Both the position numbers and the translations under genes were made by a program. Shown one piece after another: positions 25,660 to 38,525 of a DNA stretch of 64,000 nucleotides. A model generated the notes under the pieces. The model saw nothing but the letters and a program-made list of their open reading frames with translations, made no database searches and had not been told where the DNA came from. This DNA is from Eledone cirrhosa (taxonomy: Eukaryota): contig OZ024748.1 in the NCBI GenBank assembly GCA_964016885.1, forward strand, positions 1,798,001 to 1,862,000, read 5' to 3'. Position 1 is the stretch's first letter, and every line of letters begins with the position of its first letter.

Positions 25660-27834
25660 TGCTTTTCAATAAAGATTTACTGTGATAGTGCAGAATACAA
25701 GATATTTAAGTATTAATGGCACAAAAGCTGCATTTTATGTTGTAGTTGTTAGTGGGTAAACCCTACTTAGCTGGTAAGCTTTGTCTGGATAATTCAGAGA
25801 TACCACCTGAATTAAAATAAAACAAACAAATGACAACAGGTAAGTTAGTGTTAATATTATTAATGCATGGATCATTAAAAGGCTAAACTAGAGAAAACAA
25901 CAACAAAAAATACAATCAATCACTAATATTATTTCTCATTTCTTTCTGGTCAGTATTGCAGACATCTTAAGATATGTTACAGTCTTATTCTGAACTCATC
26001 AGTAACACATGCCCCCTTGTACTTGCTGTTTCAATGTCGAGCATTTCAGTTGTTCAATTAATTGGTCATCCTACTCATTAAATTAATGTATAAGTGGCTC
26101 TGTATTCCTCAGTCACATGTACCTATAACATAATTCTTAGCTAGAATCACTGCAACACTTCAGTTATAGGTACAGGTGATCTGATGACTTTACAGGCAGT
26201 TTCTACCTAATTGCATTCACAGGCTTCGGCTGACTCAAGTCTATGGAAAAAAAACAAACAAACAAACTTTCCCAAGAAGTCATGAAAATAAAAATACCAG
26301 CACCAATACAAATGAACCAAATCTTGATCTAGATGTATACAATCACTAAACAAGACAGCTTGACATATGAGGTCTTCTAGATGTTTCAATATCTGTTTCC
26401 TTGCAGATGTTCAAATATCAATGAAGTTTAGTGAGGTATATATTTTTGTGAGGAAATTTTTGTTTATTTGATTTCAGTGTCAATATTCCACTAATGTCTC
26501 ATTGAATATCTTGTTTATGTCTCTGTCATCATTGGTTTGATATTATTCTGGCACTTCAGTACAAAAAAAAAAATACAGTTTCTCTCTTTTTTTTTTTTCC
26601 AACATTGATTTATGTTGTTGATTTTCTTTTGTAACAGATGCTGTTATTACTAACGGTAAAGAATGAACCCCAACATTTAAAATAGATAGTATTTTACAAA
26701 TCCTCTTATCAGTTTTTGTTACCATCATCATCATTTTGTCTCTGCTTTTCACGCTGGCATGGGTTGGGTGGGTTGTCACAGTCCTAGTCAGTTCTTATTT
26801 GGAGTTGCTGCCCTTCATCCTAGATAGCTTGAGGGACCACATCTTGCTTCTGTTTCATTTTTAGCATGGTTTCTGTGACTGAATACCCTTTCCAACATCA
26901 ATCATTACACAGTGTTATCATCTTCCTCATCATTTAACGTCCATTTTCCCTGCTGACAAGGTCTGGACAGATTGTTACAGACCAAACCAGTATTTAATCA
27001 GAGCCACTGATCTCTTTGATGGGCCAGGATCCATCTCACTTACATATGTTCCTGCACTGTACAGAATGCACTATGCATCATAGCCCCAACACTATGGAAG
27101 TTGTCATGTCTTTTTGTAATTTATATATTTATACAATTATCATATTTACTTTAAAGTTGTTTTTATATATAAATATGAATGAAATTTACTTCGCTGCATT
27201 GATTTAACAAACTGGATATATAAAAAAAATCTTCTGATCAATTTTGCATCTGATTTTACACAGTAGCTTAGGTTATATATCTGTAATTGTGTAAATTGTT
27301 TGAATATTGCTAAATGCAACTCCTATTATGAAGTATACAATAATGAAGTGAGCATGAAACCCTTCCAGCTTGTGGCCCATAGACATGCAGTCTTTTTTCT
27401 CGGCCAATTCCTTTATTAGTATAATGGCCTCTACTCCTTTGAGCTTGCTAGTCTCATGTCATTTCAACTCTGCCAATGGCAATGGACTCTCTGGTCTCAG
27501 AGGGGCTGTAAAGGCTCCTTCTTCCAAAAAGAGCATCAACAACAGGGTTTCATTTGATGCTGTATGGGGTGATGTATAGCACAGTTTTTCGACCTTTTAT
27601 TAAATCACTGTCTCTAATATAATCACCACTGCTATCATGACTATCATTATGATAATGATGATGATATTCATGATGATCATTGTCCATACCACATGTTATT
27701 CTATGCTGCCATGGGTTAAACAAAGTCTGCAATATATCACATATTTCTATTAATCTGAATACCTGTAACACATCATCATCTCACTGATTTAACCCTGACT
27801 CTATTCTGTTTGCATTATATGATGTGTTCTAGGT

Positions 27835-28035
27835 CAGTGGATTGGCAGAGTTGTTAGAGCATCAGGTAGAATACATTGCTGTATTCATTCCAGCTGTATA
27901 CACTCTCAGTTCAAATCAACTTTGCCTTTCATTCTTCCAGGGTCAATAAAATAAAGAACCAGTTAAGTTCTGGGATTGATATAATTGACTTTCCGCTTCG
28001 CCACAAATTGCTGACCTTATGCTAATCTTAGAAAG
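27835..28035 (+). mobile_element. Degraded SINE type A
   Basis: gtggattggcagagttgttagagcatc...aactttgcctttcattcttccagggtcaataaaataaag. Confidence 0.75.
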
Positions 28036-30700
28036 AATCACACAACACATCTTAGTGCAATCCTCTCTCTTGTTAGAAATATGGGTGAAAAGCCAGCAAT
28101 TAGCAAGATCTGAAGTGGGTATCCTTTCTTGAGGAATAGTATATAATAATCCATTCTTCCATATTTCTATGTAGACTCTTACAGAAAGAAAGAGAAGGCA
28201 ATGTTCTTAGGATAAAACCTAATATTGAAGTACATTGATTTAGATTAAAACCTGAAATGACATCTGTGCTGTGGATTTGTGTTTTATAAACATAAAAAAA
28301 CGAAAACAAAAAACATGAACATTACTAAACAAAAGTAGATATTTCAGCAGCTGTTGTGTCACAGAAATACAACACCTGTAGTTTTTTATTTTATTGTGTA
28401 TGCATCTCATTTCTCTTTTACATAATTTTGCCATGATTCTCTCTACTGATTTCATAATTTTCCTTAATCCCCTGTGAATTCCTCTTTTCCGTGTCTCTCT
28501 CTTCCCATTTTCTACACTACTTCACTGTCATTTGATAAGGTATGAAATTGTACTGAATGCTTTTGAACACTAGATGAAGGATGAAGTGTTGGTGATAGAA
28601 TTGAAAACCCATAATTCAAGGGTCATTGAGTTCTTCATAGTGGGCAGGTTATGGAATTAGTAAATACATGCAAGTTGAGCACACATTAACTTGGTTTAAA
28701 TGAAATCATGTGATGAAAGTAAACAAGTGACAATCCAGTAATTGCACCATAAATATATTAATTCTTTCTAACATTGGCATAAGGCCAACAATTTAGGGAA
28801 AGGAAAGATGATTATATTGACCTCAGTGTGTGACTGGTACTTATTTTACTGATCATTTGTATTTGGTGAACCACAAGGTCACATATGACTTGTATTTCAC
28901 TGCAGTTTCATACAAAAAAATTGGAGTGAAATACCTTTCTAGTGGACCTTAATGTTAAACCATTGTAAGTAATTTCATCCTAGAAGGCTTTTGTATCTAT
29001 CTTCCTCTGCCTCCTCCTCCTCTCTTATTCTTTTGAGGTTCATCAGAGCAGGGTCTTATCAGAAGCAATACCTTGTCTCTAGATACAATATCTTCAGAGA
29101 CAGAAAAAATGACATTGAAACAAAAACATTGTTAATGTACCAGTAACTTATTAAGAATAGTGGACACAGCATAGCTGGTTAAGAGGTTCCTCAGGTTCCT
29201 GGGTTTAATCCCACTGTAGGGCACCTTGGCCAAGTGTTATTTACCATAGCTCTAGGTTAACCCATGTGAATAAAACTGTTTGGAAGCTTATTGGGTGGAC
29301 TGAACCAGTAATTCACACAGCTAGTCTTGTTACACACTGTGTCATGCTGAATATTGCTGAGAATTATGTTAAGAGTACCATATGTTTGTTAATTTCATGA
29401 ACAGGCAGCCCTATTGTTGAAACACTGGAACACTCATCGTTGAAACTGATTGAGGTCCTTCATTTATATTAAGAATAAAGTATTTTCTGTCGAGAGATGA
29501 CAAAAAATTTACAGTTGCATTTGGGCTTATGACCTATGTACTGGCAGGGTTCTCCATTATCACCTTGAGACATTTCATCTGGCAAATAAATAAATAATTA
29601 AATAAATTCTGTGAGAAACCCAGAATTAATCTTTAAGTAACTTTCCATTAGGAGTGACTAGGTTAGTATCTTTCATAGCGATTGCAAGTAAAAGCTGTTA
29701 AGAAATCCACACATAATTATTAGATGACAAATTATTATATTTCTGTTGAAATTTAAGAAGCTGCAGTGTCTGTGTCACCAAAAACAATTTTTTTTTTTAG
29801 ATTTTGAGTATTTCTGATAATTAGTTTTTATTAGAGATTAATTAAAGCAATACGTCACAGACAAATTTGACATTTATGAGGTATTTAACTTTTTGAAAAA
29901 AAATTAGTTGTTTTAAATACTTCTATTTATTACAAAAATATATAACAAGGAATTTTATTTATCAAGTCATGTGGTCACTCAACTTACTAGCAATAGCAGC
30001 CATGATTCCTTCAAATAATAGTCTCCAGTTTTAAAAAAGAGAAGGACTTGTTAGATAATATAATCCTAGATATTACTAAAAAGTCAAAGTAGTCATGGCT
30101 GGAATACCTTTAATCAGTGTTGACCTTGAATTAAACAACAACATTTATCAGCTATTATCTAAACTAAGATCATTAGTTATATTTAACTTCAAACATCAGA
30201 TTAGATTGCATAGGACCTTTGTATGTATGGGCCCATAACTTCTGATAGGAGTGCTGTGGTGGGCACAGATGATTCCTTTTTTCCCAGAGAATGAGAGAGA
30301 TAGTGATAGAAAAGAAGTGAGAAAGGGCTATAGAGGAAGAATCGAGCCATGGTACTTTTTATTGACCTGGAAGGGGTGAAAGGCAAAGTTGACTTTAGCA
30401 GTATTTGTACTGAGAGTGCAGTGAGCTGGAACAAATAGCACATTCATTCTTATCTGACATTCTAATGACTCTGCCAATTTGTCATGCTTTGGACCTTTAT
30501 TAATGGCAATACACTGAATAGAGAGTGTGAGTGAGTGAGACTTGTTAAACACATGTCAACCTTGGAAATACAAACATTAATATGATGTTCTTGTTGATGA
30601 TGTTGATAAACTTGATATTGTTGTTCAAGCCCTATCAACACAGAACAAAATAAGAAAACTTGTGGAGATGACAACTATGATGATAGTAACAGAACAAGAC

Positions 30701-30952
30701 TTAACCCCTTCAATACTAACTCATTCAATGCCACTTCAGCTGCTATGGAACCAAACCACTCATTTTAAACAGTTCCTTAGTAAATCAAAATCTTCCAACA
30801 TAATTTTCTAAGAGTCTTTTGTTATGTTAGAAATACCATCTTAATGTTTGAAATAAGTTTAGTAACCCCCCCCCCCCCCAAAAAAAAAAATTCTTCAGTA
30901 ATTAATTCAAATACAGTGTATTTTATTAGAAATATGGTAATGACAGAGTTAA
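30701..30952. mobile_element. piggyBac-type MITE (TTAA ends), degraded
   Basis: TTAA-CCCCTT ... GACAGAG-TTAA; the subterminal caaatacagtgtattttattagaaatatggtaa is shared with 9142-9187 and 60820-60857. Confidence 0.6.
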
Positions 30953-31014
30953 AATTGCTGTTTTGTGGTTTTTAGTTTGATTTTCATCATCCAGTAAGGA
31001 GGGGGTATAATGTT

Positions 31015-31385
31015 TAGATTTGTAAAAGGAGGGAAGGTATCCTCATATTGGAGATTTTGCTTGAATACTTGCAACAAAGTGGACTTTACTAAAAGTACCC
31101 AAGGTGTTTGTGTTAAACTGGGTGATGGATTAACTTTACCACATAAGCAGGCCACAGTTAGAACTTAGAATGCAAAGAGCTGGAACAAATGCCACTGGGC
31201 ATTATGTCAAATACTCTAACAACTTCTGTGGTCAATAAATAAACACTACCTTAGACAGGTAGTATTTATTTATTGACTGCAGAAGGATGAAAGGCAAAGT
31301 TTTAATCTTGGCAGAATTTGAACTCAAATTGTAATGAACCTAAGTAAATATTTTATTCAATGCTCTAAATCTTTTACCAATTTGC
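31015..31385 (-). mobile_element. SINE type B copy plus SINE type A copy, joined through a 61 bp hairpin
   Basis: Homology to 1-150 and to the reverse complement of the type A centre; inverted repeat at 31224-31284. Confidence 0.6.
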
Positions 31386-31419
31386 TTGTAACAAAGATAC
31401 CATAATGTATTCTCCCAGT

Positions 31420-31650
31420 GAACCAAATATTCTCCAAATTTACTAAATGCCACAGCTGCTTTATTTATATGTCATTCTTACCAATTAGCATTGGTAAAAG
31501 TTTTCAAAACCTTGTTACAAGAAACCATTGCAATGCTAGCTACTTGAGACACTTTCAACTTTCTTTTGTCCTGGAAAATGTATACCAACTTTTTCTCTTT
31601 CTAAAGAAATCATCAACATTGGAATGTTCTATTATTTCAAATGATTCAGA
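31420..31650 (-). pseudogene. Possible very old LINE RT C-terminal fragment
   Basis: The minus strand gives HINKAAVAFSK and, after a frameshift, LENIW, resembling the RIxKAxxAFxxLxxIW motif of LINE RTs. Weak. Confidence 0.3.
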
Positions 31651-32407
31651 TTTGTCAGGCTGATGCCATGCTGACAAAATGGTCAAAATGATGACAGTAG
31701 CGCTTATGACATCTTTCTCTGTTTTTATTGAATTACTACAGTTTCTTTTAATGGCATTTTTACATAGAGACACTCTTTCTTCATCCTCATCCACATCTAT
31801 CCATCTAATTTACTCTGGCTTCTTTAATATTCCTCTATGAAGTGTTGAACAATTTCTTTGCTCTGTTATATAATTATTTTTCTCTCTCTTTCTACCTTTC
31901 CACCTTCTTTAATGTTAATAACAATCTTGGATAGCTTACTGTTTCTTTCAATTTTCTAATTTTTCTCTCTTTTTTTTTCTTTTGATATTTTATGTTTATC
32001 TGTTATTCTTATTTAACCGGAACCTTTCATTTCAAATTGTTTTGTTCTCAATTTGTTATGTTTTAAGTTTCAGTGCTACTGCTGTTGTTGTTGTTTAGTT
32101 CCAGGTTAGCCCTGATTAAGAATAGTCTATATTTGGCTACATTATACAATAAAATACACTAAGGTGAGATTTGAGTGAGGTTTTTTAGCTGTTGTTTCTA
32201 ACATGGTGAGTGACCATTTAGAGGATTTCTTATTATTGTAATTCCTCCCCGGTATCAAGAAGTTGCGTATACCGCCACCCCCACACATATATATCACGAT
32301 TAACATATTCTTCTGTCCACTTTCTAAACTGGCACAAATTTGATGAGTTATCATTGTCAGTCTGTTTATATTCAGAGTTTCATATCTTGCTTGTGTGTTT
32401 TTCCATC

Positions 32408-32637
32408 TTAACCCTTTAGCAATTAAACCGGCCATATCAGGCCAGAATTATCTCACCTGTTTCAGTTCAAACCAACCATAACTGGCCACTAATACTGATG
32501 TTATGGTATTGTTCCCAAAATAAATAATATCAATATCTCATAGCTTTGATATCATGTGAGATAATTATGTGAGGTAAAACTTTTTACCATGAAAATACAA
32601 TAATAAATATAAAGTAATTTAAATGCTAAAGGGTTAA
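32408..32637. mobile_element. piggyBac-type MITE with TTAA TSD and 16 bp TIR
   Basis: TTAA-CCCTTTAGCAATTAAA ... TTTAAATGCTAAAGGG-TTAA; the TIRs match at 15 of 16 positions. Confidence 0.85.
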
Positions 32638-32658
32638 TACCAACCATTTTACATAGCC

Positions 32659-33200
32659 AACTGGGTGTATATTTTATCATGGCACCAACACTAGAGAGGA
32701 AGTGAACTGGGTGTATATTTTATCATGGCACCAACACTAGAGAGGAAGTGAACTGGGTGTATATTTTATCATGGCACCAACACTAGAAAGGAAGTGAACT
32801 GGGTGTATATTTTATCATGGCACCAACACTAGAAAGGAAGTGAACTGGGTGTATATTTTATCATGTCACCAACACTAGAGAGGAAGTGAACTGGGTGTAT
32901 ATTTTATCATGGCACCAACACTAGAGAGGAAGTGAACTGGGTGTATATTTTATCATGGCACCAACACTAGAGAGGAAGTGAACTGGGTGTATATTTTATC
33001 ATGGCACCAACACTAGAGAGGAAGTGAACTGGGTGTATATTTTATCATGGCACCAACACTAGAAAGGAAGTGAACTGGGTGTATATTTTATCATATCACC
33101 AACACTAGAGAGGAAGTGAACTGGGTGTATATTTTATCATGTCACCAACACTAGAAAGGAAGTGAACTGGGTGTATATTTTATCATGGCACCAACACTAG
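32659..33200. repeat. Minisatellite, 46 bp unit gaactgggtgtatattttatcatggcaccaacactagagaggaagt, about 11.8 copies
   Basis: Read directly; the period was checked from ctgggtg at 32661 and 32707. Confidence 0.98.
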
Positions 33201-34105
33201 TTTGGCTGCCAAACCCTCAGTCCACTGTGTTTCCTAACATCCTAACACCAAGAAATATTAAATATATCTTTACATCATCATCACCGTCATAGTCACCATC
33301 GTATTCATCCCCATCATCATCACCATTATTGTCACAATCATTCATTGTCATAAAAGGACACGCACGCACGCACGCACATATGCAACAAGTTGGTGGTGTT
33401 GGTGTTGTTTTCTGCTATTGTGGTAATTTCTCTTTAATATGCTTCAATCTAATAATGGTAGTTTTGCAACATGAGTTGGCAGTGGAAGGGAGGGTGTAGT
33501 GGTGGTCGCTGGTGGTGGCGTGATGTACTTGCACAGCAAGCTGACTATCTGACTGCTTACTGACCTTAATTTCTGTTGCCATAGTTACCCTTCTGTCATC
33601 AAAAGACTTAAGCTTCTGGTCATTACATATGTGTGTGTGTATGTATGTATGTATGTGAATGTCTACATGTGTATGTATGTGTGTGTGTCTATATGTGTAT
33701 GTATGTAATGTATGTATTAGTGAGTGTGTAGGTATGCATGCATGTATATGTCTCTCTCTATTTATCTATCTATCTATATCTCTATATATATGTGTGTGTG
33801 TATATATATATATATATAGATGCTTGTACTATGTATGTGTAAACTAGGGAAAGTCCTGATTCCCTTGTGTGATTGGATAATATTTTATTGATAGGATGGA
33901 ATGAGGTACTTACATATAACAAGATGGCTGACTAAAGTTACTGTTGCGTGTCTGTCAGTCTGTTTCTGTTTGTATATATGTGTATATGTATGTATTTACA
34001 CATACACACATATATGAGAGATATAACATACAAGAATATGTCATCATAAGTAAACTAAATTTACTTATATTCAAATTTATCTACCTGCCTTCAGTACATA
34101 ATAAT

Positions 34106-34283
34106 TGTTTCTACTTTAGGCACAAGGCCAGCAATTACCCAGTACATTACTGGTACTTTATTTTATCGACCCCGTAAGGATGAAAGGCAAAGTTAACCTC
34201 GGCGGGATTTGAACTCAGATTGTAAAGGGACGTAACTATGCTAGAAAGCATGGCGTCCAACCCTCTACTGATACTGCCAATTC
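34106..34283 (-). mobile_element. Young full-length SINE type A with 10 bp TSD
   Basis: Reverse complement of 38151-38340; acataataat occurs at 34096-34105 and 34284-34293. Confidence 0.92.
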
Positions 34284-34849
34284 ACATAATAATGAAGTGC
34301 ACCAAGTACATCCTGTAAAGTTGTTGCTAGTATGAAGAGCATCAAGCCATAGAAAACTTGTCAAACAAATGAAGGGTCAAGAGGAATTTTCAGTTGTATC
34401 AAAGACATGACAAAACAAACCCAGTATATTTTGTACAGTGAAGGAATGTATGTAGATAAGATGTACTCCTTGACCTGTCGGAGAGGACACTGTCTTTGGT
34501 TAAGTATTAACTTGGTGTGTGATGACCCATCCAACCCTTTCTATCAGAGAAAACAGATGTTAAATGATGGTGATGATGAATAGACCACAGGGGACATGAC
34601 CAGAATTTAGTTTTTTGCTCTAATTTCCACTATATATATATATATATAATTCCAAATATATGTATATTTGGAATGTGTGCAGCCCAATGTAAATAACCAT
34701 AATAATAGAGGAAGCTGGGTAAATAACCTCTGGAGATGATTATTATCATGGTAATTATTGAGTATTGTTATGGATGCACGCATTAAATATTTAAAATTTT
34801 CCTAATGCTTCTTAAGTCAACCACTTTATATATATAGGCAAAAGTTAAA

Positions 34850-34990
34850 CAGAAATAACAGAGCAAATTACATAGTACAATAAAGAAATATATTAGTTTT
34901 ATGCTTGCTATAGTAGGAAAAGAGTCTTAATGCTTCGGAAGATAGTCCTTCATCAGAAAATAGAATGAAATTAAAGAATAAATAGACAGA
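34850..34990 (-). mobile_element. Penelope-like pseudo-LTR remnant with a hammerhead-like motif
   Basis: Minus strand CTGATGA-A-GGA-ctatct-TCC-GAAG-catt; the downstream tail is homologous to 3320-3395. Confidence 0.5.
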
Positions 34991-35085
34991 GGAGAGTGGG
35001 TAGTGGCAGAAATGGAAAAGAATTTTGAGAAAAAACAGATTTATTCATATCACCATCTCTTGGAAAACAATTGATTCAAGCTTTG

Positions 35086-35400
<315 letters not shown>

Positions 35401-35976
35401 CATTATATATGCAAAACAGTTTTCACTTTTTATCTAAGCTGGCTTCATCACTATTTCATTTGTTCAGTAATCATTAAATTGTATGAAAATGAGTGACTGA
35501 TCTGTTTACAGCATTAAAGAATGGTAATAGGGACACTCAGCTGCTGGTTCCAATTTAGCTTTAGCAATATTTGGCATATTTTAATAATCATTAGAATAAC
35601 ATCATGTTTCTTCCTCTTGTTTACTGTGTTCTCTAGAGAATCAGTAATATAAGTTATTCCAAATAATATATATAACACCATTATTTATTGTGGTCAGGAA
35701 GAGAATAAATTGCCTGAAGCAAAGGGAGGTTTGTCAGAGTGGTGTTGGTGGTTTCGAAGGGTACTGTGTCTTCCTGTGACACTCTTCCTCTTTTGTGACG
35801 GCTAGTATTATATATATAGATACACACTTGCACCCACACTCATATATATATATATATATACGTATGTAAAAGGTAAACAGAGATAACAAAACAAATGGAA
35901 GAAATATATTAGTTTAATGCTTGAAATAGCAGATGAATGCACACACAAACACACACACACACACAAACACACACAA

Positions 35977-36008
<32 letters not shown>

Positions 36009-36448
36009 GTATATATATATCATCTTCGTTTAACGTCCATTTTCCACGCTAGCATGGGTTATATTACTATTTTACTCTTTTACCTGTTTCAGCCATCCGA
36101 CTGAGGCCATTATATGTAGCATTGTGAAATACATAAGAAAAATATAGTCTTCAGAAAGCCCTAATCTAATTTCATCTTTTGTGTTTATATTCACATTGTA
36201 CTGAGTTTCCCAACAGTCTCTCTCTCTATATATATAACATGTGGGGTAGATGAGGGATACAAAAACTTGGAGAAGACTTGGACATATGGAGAATTCCTGC
36301 TTCTCAGCTGCCGACTGGGTGTTTTGAAGTTTCAGGTGCTTTAAAAGACAGTATTACTCTTCCCAGGGCACCAATAGTCTTCAAGGAAAGAGAGCTATTT
36401 GGGAGGAAAACAGATACTGAACAAAACACCAACGATACAGATTGCACA

Positions 36449-36489
<41 letters not shown>

Positions 36490-36650
36490 ATATATAAGAT
36501 CAAAAGATGGTTAAAAGAGTTCCATGTATTTTATTATGCGCATTTCAAAAACAAATATCATCATGCGATGACATTTGCGTTTTCGTCAGATAAAATAGGG
36601 AGACATGATATGAAGGTTAAAAAATACTTGTGAATAGTTCAGTTTTATAT

Positions 36651-36689
<39 letters not shown>

Positions 36690-36690
<1 letters not shown>

Positions 36691-36830
36691 GTGGAGGCAC
36701 ATGGCTTAGTGGTTAGAGCATTGGCCTTGCAATCGAAAGGTTGTGAGTTCAATCAGACCGAGTGATGTGTTGTTTCCTTGAGCAAGACACTTTATTTCAC
36801 ATTGCTCCAGTTTACTCAGTTGTAGAAATG
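36690..36830 (+). mobile_element. tRNA-derived SINE type C with A/B boxes and CORE-like body
   Basis: tggcttagtggttagagc (A box), gagttcaatc (B box), ccttgagcaagacactttatttcacattgctccag. Confidence 0.8.
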
Positions 36831-37214
36831 AGATGATAGGGACTAGGGTCCATATCATTCCACTGCAAAGTGGTCGTGGAGGTGCCACGGCAAAAAAAGC
36901 ACCCAACACTCACTGTAAATGAAATGATGAATGATGATAGACATATATATATATCATCATGAGACCTGGATTTAACTCCACTGTGTAGAATCATGGGTAA
37001 TTATTTTTTTATGACTACCTCAGGTCAACTGAAGCATTGAAAAGGAAATTGGGTTTGACCTAAACTGTCAAGTTGAATGTACCTGTAATTCAAAAGGGAA
37101 GCATTGTTGTATTGCATGTCACACTGGTTCTGCCTGAAAATTATGGTAAGGCTATTTCTGAGTCCAGAAATAGCCGTCGAAACGGCTTGAGCTCTGCTGT
37201 CGGGGTCATACTTT

Positions 37215-37216
37215 TT

Positions 37217-37259
<43 letters not shown>

Positions 37260-37800
37260 TATGTCCAACCATTGCTTGCAAGGAAAATCGATGTTAAATG
37301 ATCGTGTGTGTGTGTGTGTGTGGATGGATGTACGTATGTATGTGTGCATTAATTACATATATGTGAGATGTCTGCATATGTATGTATACATACGTTCAGA
37401 CTTTTGTCTGTATACATATATACATGTATATATGTGTATATGTGTGTATGAATTTGTGGATTTATGCATACAGACAGATGTTTATATCTATAATCTATAT
37501 AAACATACATGTATATGGTATGTGTGTGTATATATATATATACATACATATTACATATGCACATACATATAATGAATGTATGTATACAGACAGATGTCTA
37601 TATGCTATGTTTATTATTTTTTTTTTAGTAAATTAGAAGCTAAACTTATGGAACATCATGTGTGTTTAACTGTGTATGTGTATTATGTATCTGTGTTTGT
37701 GACTACATATGTACATATTATGTATATGTATATATCTGATTGTGTGGGTATATCTGATTAAGTGTGTATTGTGTTGTAAAGTATGTGTATGAGTATCTGT
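37215..37800. repeat. (AT)n and degenerate (GT/AT)n low-complexity tract
   Basis: Read directly. Confidence 0.9.
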
Positions 37801-38150
37801 GTATTGTTGCTACTTTTGCTCCATCATACTTCTTATTGTCATTTGTATAGAATACAAAGAACATTTTTTTCTTCCTTATAGAAGCATCCATTTTAAATGA
37901 ATATTGACTTCTTTTCTTAGAATCACAAATTGGATGCATGAAATTTGAGTCCTATTTTTCCCTGACAACTTTTAGTATTCAACAAACACATCTGTCTGTT
38001 GATTTTCCTTCTGTTTCTACTCCATTATTTTTACGCTCTCTTCTCTCTATACATTAACGATAAAGTTGTTTCATGTTATATTGAAAACTTAATGGTTTTT
38101 ATTATCTTCCCCATTCCCTTCTTCTTCATTTTTACCTATCATTATCTATT

Positions 38151-38525
38151 GTGGCAGTGGATTGGCAGTATCGGTAGAGGGTCGGACGCTATGCTTTCCA
38201 GCATAGTTACGTCCCTTTACGATCTGAGTTCGAAATCCGGCCGAGGTTGACTTTGCCTTTCATCCTTACGGGGTCGATAAATAAAGTACCAGTAATGCAC
38301 TGGGTAATTGCTGGCCTTGTGCCTAAAGTAGAAACAATTATCTATTGTGGCAGTATCGGTAGAGGGTCGGACGCCATGCTTTCCACCATAGTTACGTCCC
38401 TTTACGATCTGAGTTCAAATCCTGCCGAGGTTGACTTTGCCTTTCATCCTTAAGGGGTCGATAAAATAAAGTACCAGTAATGCACTGGGGTAATTGCTGG
38501 CCTTGTGCCAAAAGTAGAAACATTA
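38151..38525 (+). mobile_element. Head-to-tail dimer of young SINE type A (tRNA head plus Meta/MESC-like central domain); further pieces at 38660-38895
   Basis: Two near-identical units of about 185 bp; B box gagttcaaatcc; central gactttgcctttcatccttacggggtcgataaaataaagtaccag, which I recall as the Meta/MESC SINE domain. Confidence 0.92.

Noticed and set aside
29035-29100. Cluster of CTGANGA-like words on the minus strand; also single CTGATGA at 10367 and 26181
   Set aside because: No correctly placed stem II, GAAA and NUH, so these are not hammerheads.
34649-34674. Perfect 12 bp-arm palindrome ATTCCAAATATA-TG-TATATTTGGAAT
   Set aside because: Short, AT-rich and adjacent to an (AT)n tract; likely a slippage by-product.
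36700-36760. Functional tRNA gene
   Set aside because: A and B boxes are present, but I cannot draw a complete cloverleaf and the sequence runs into a SINE body.
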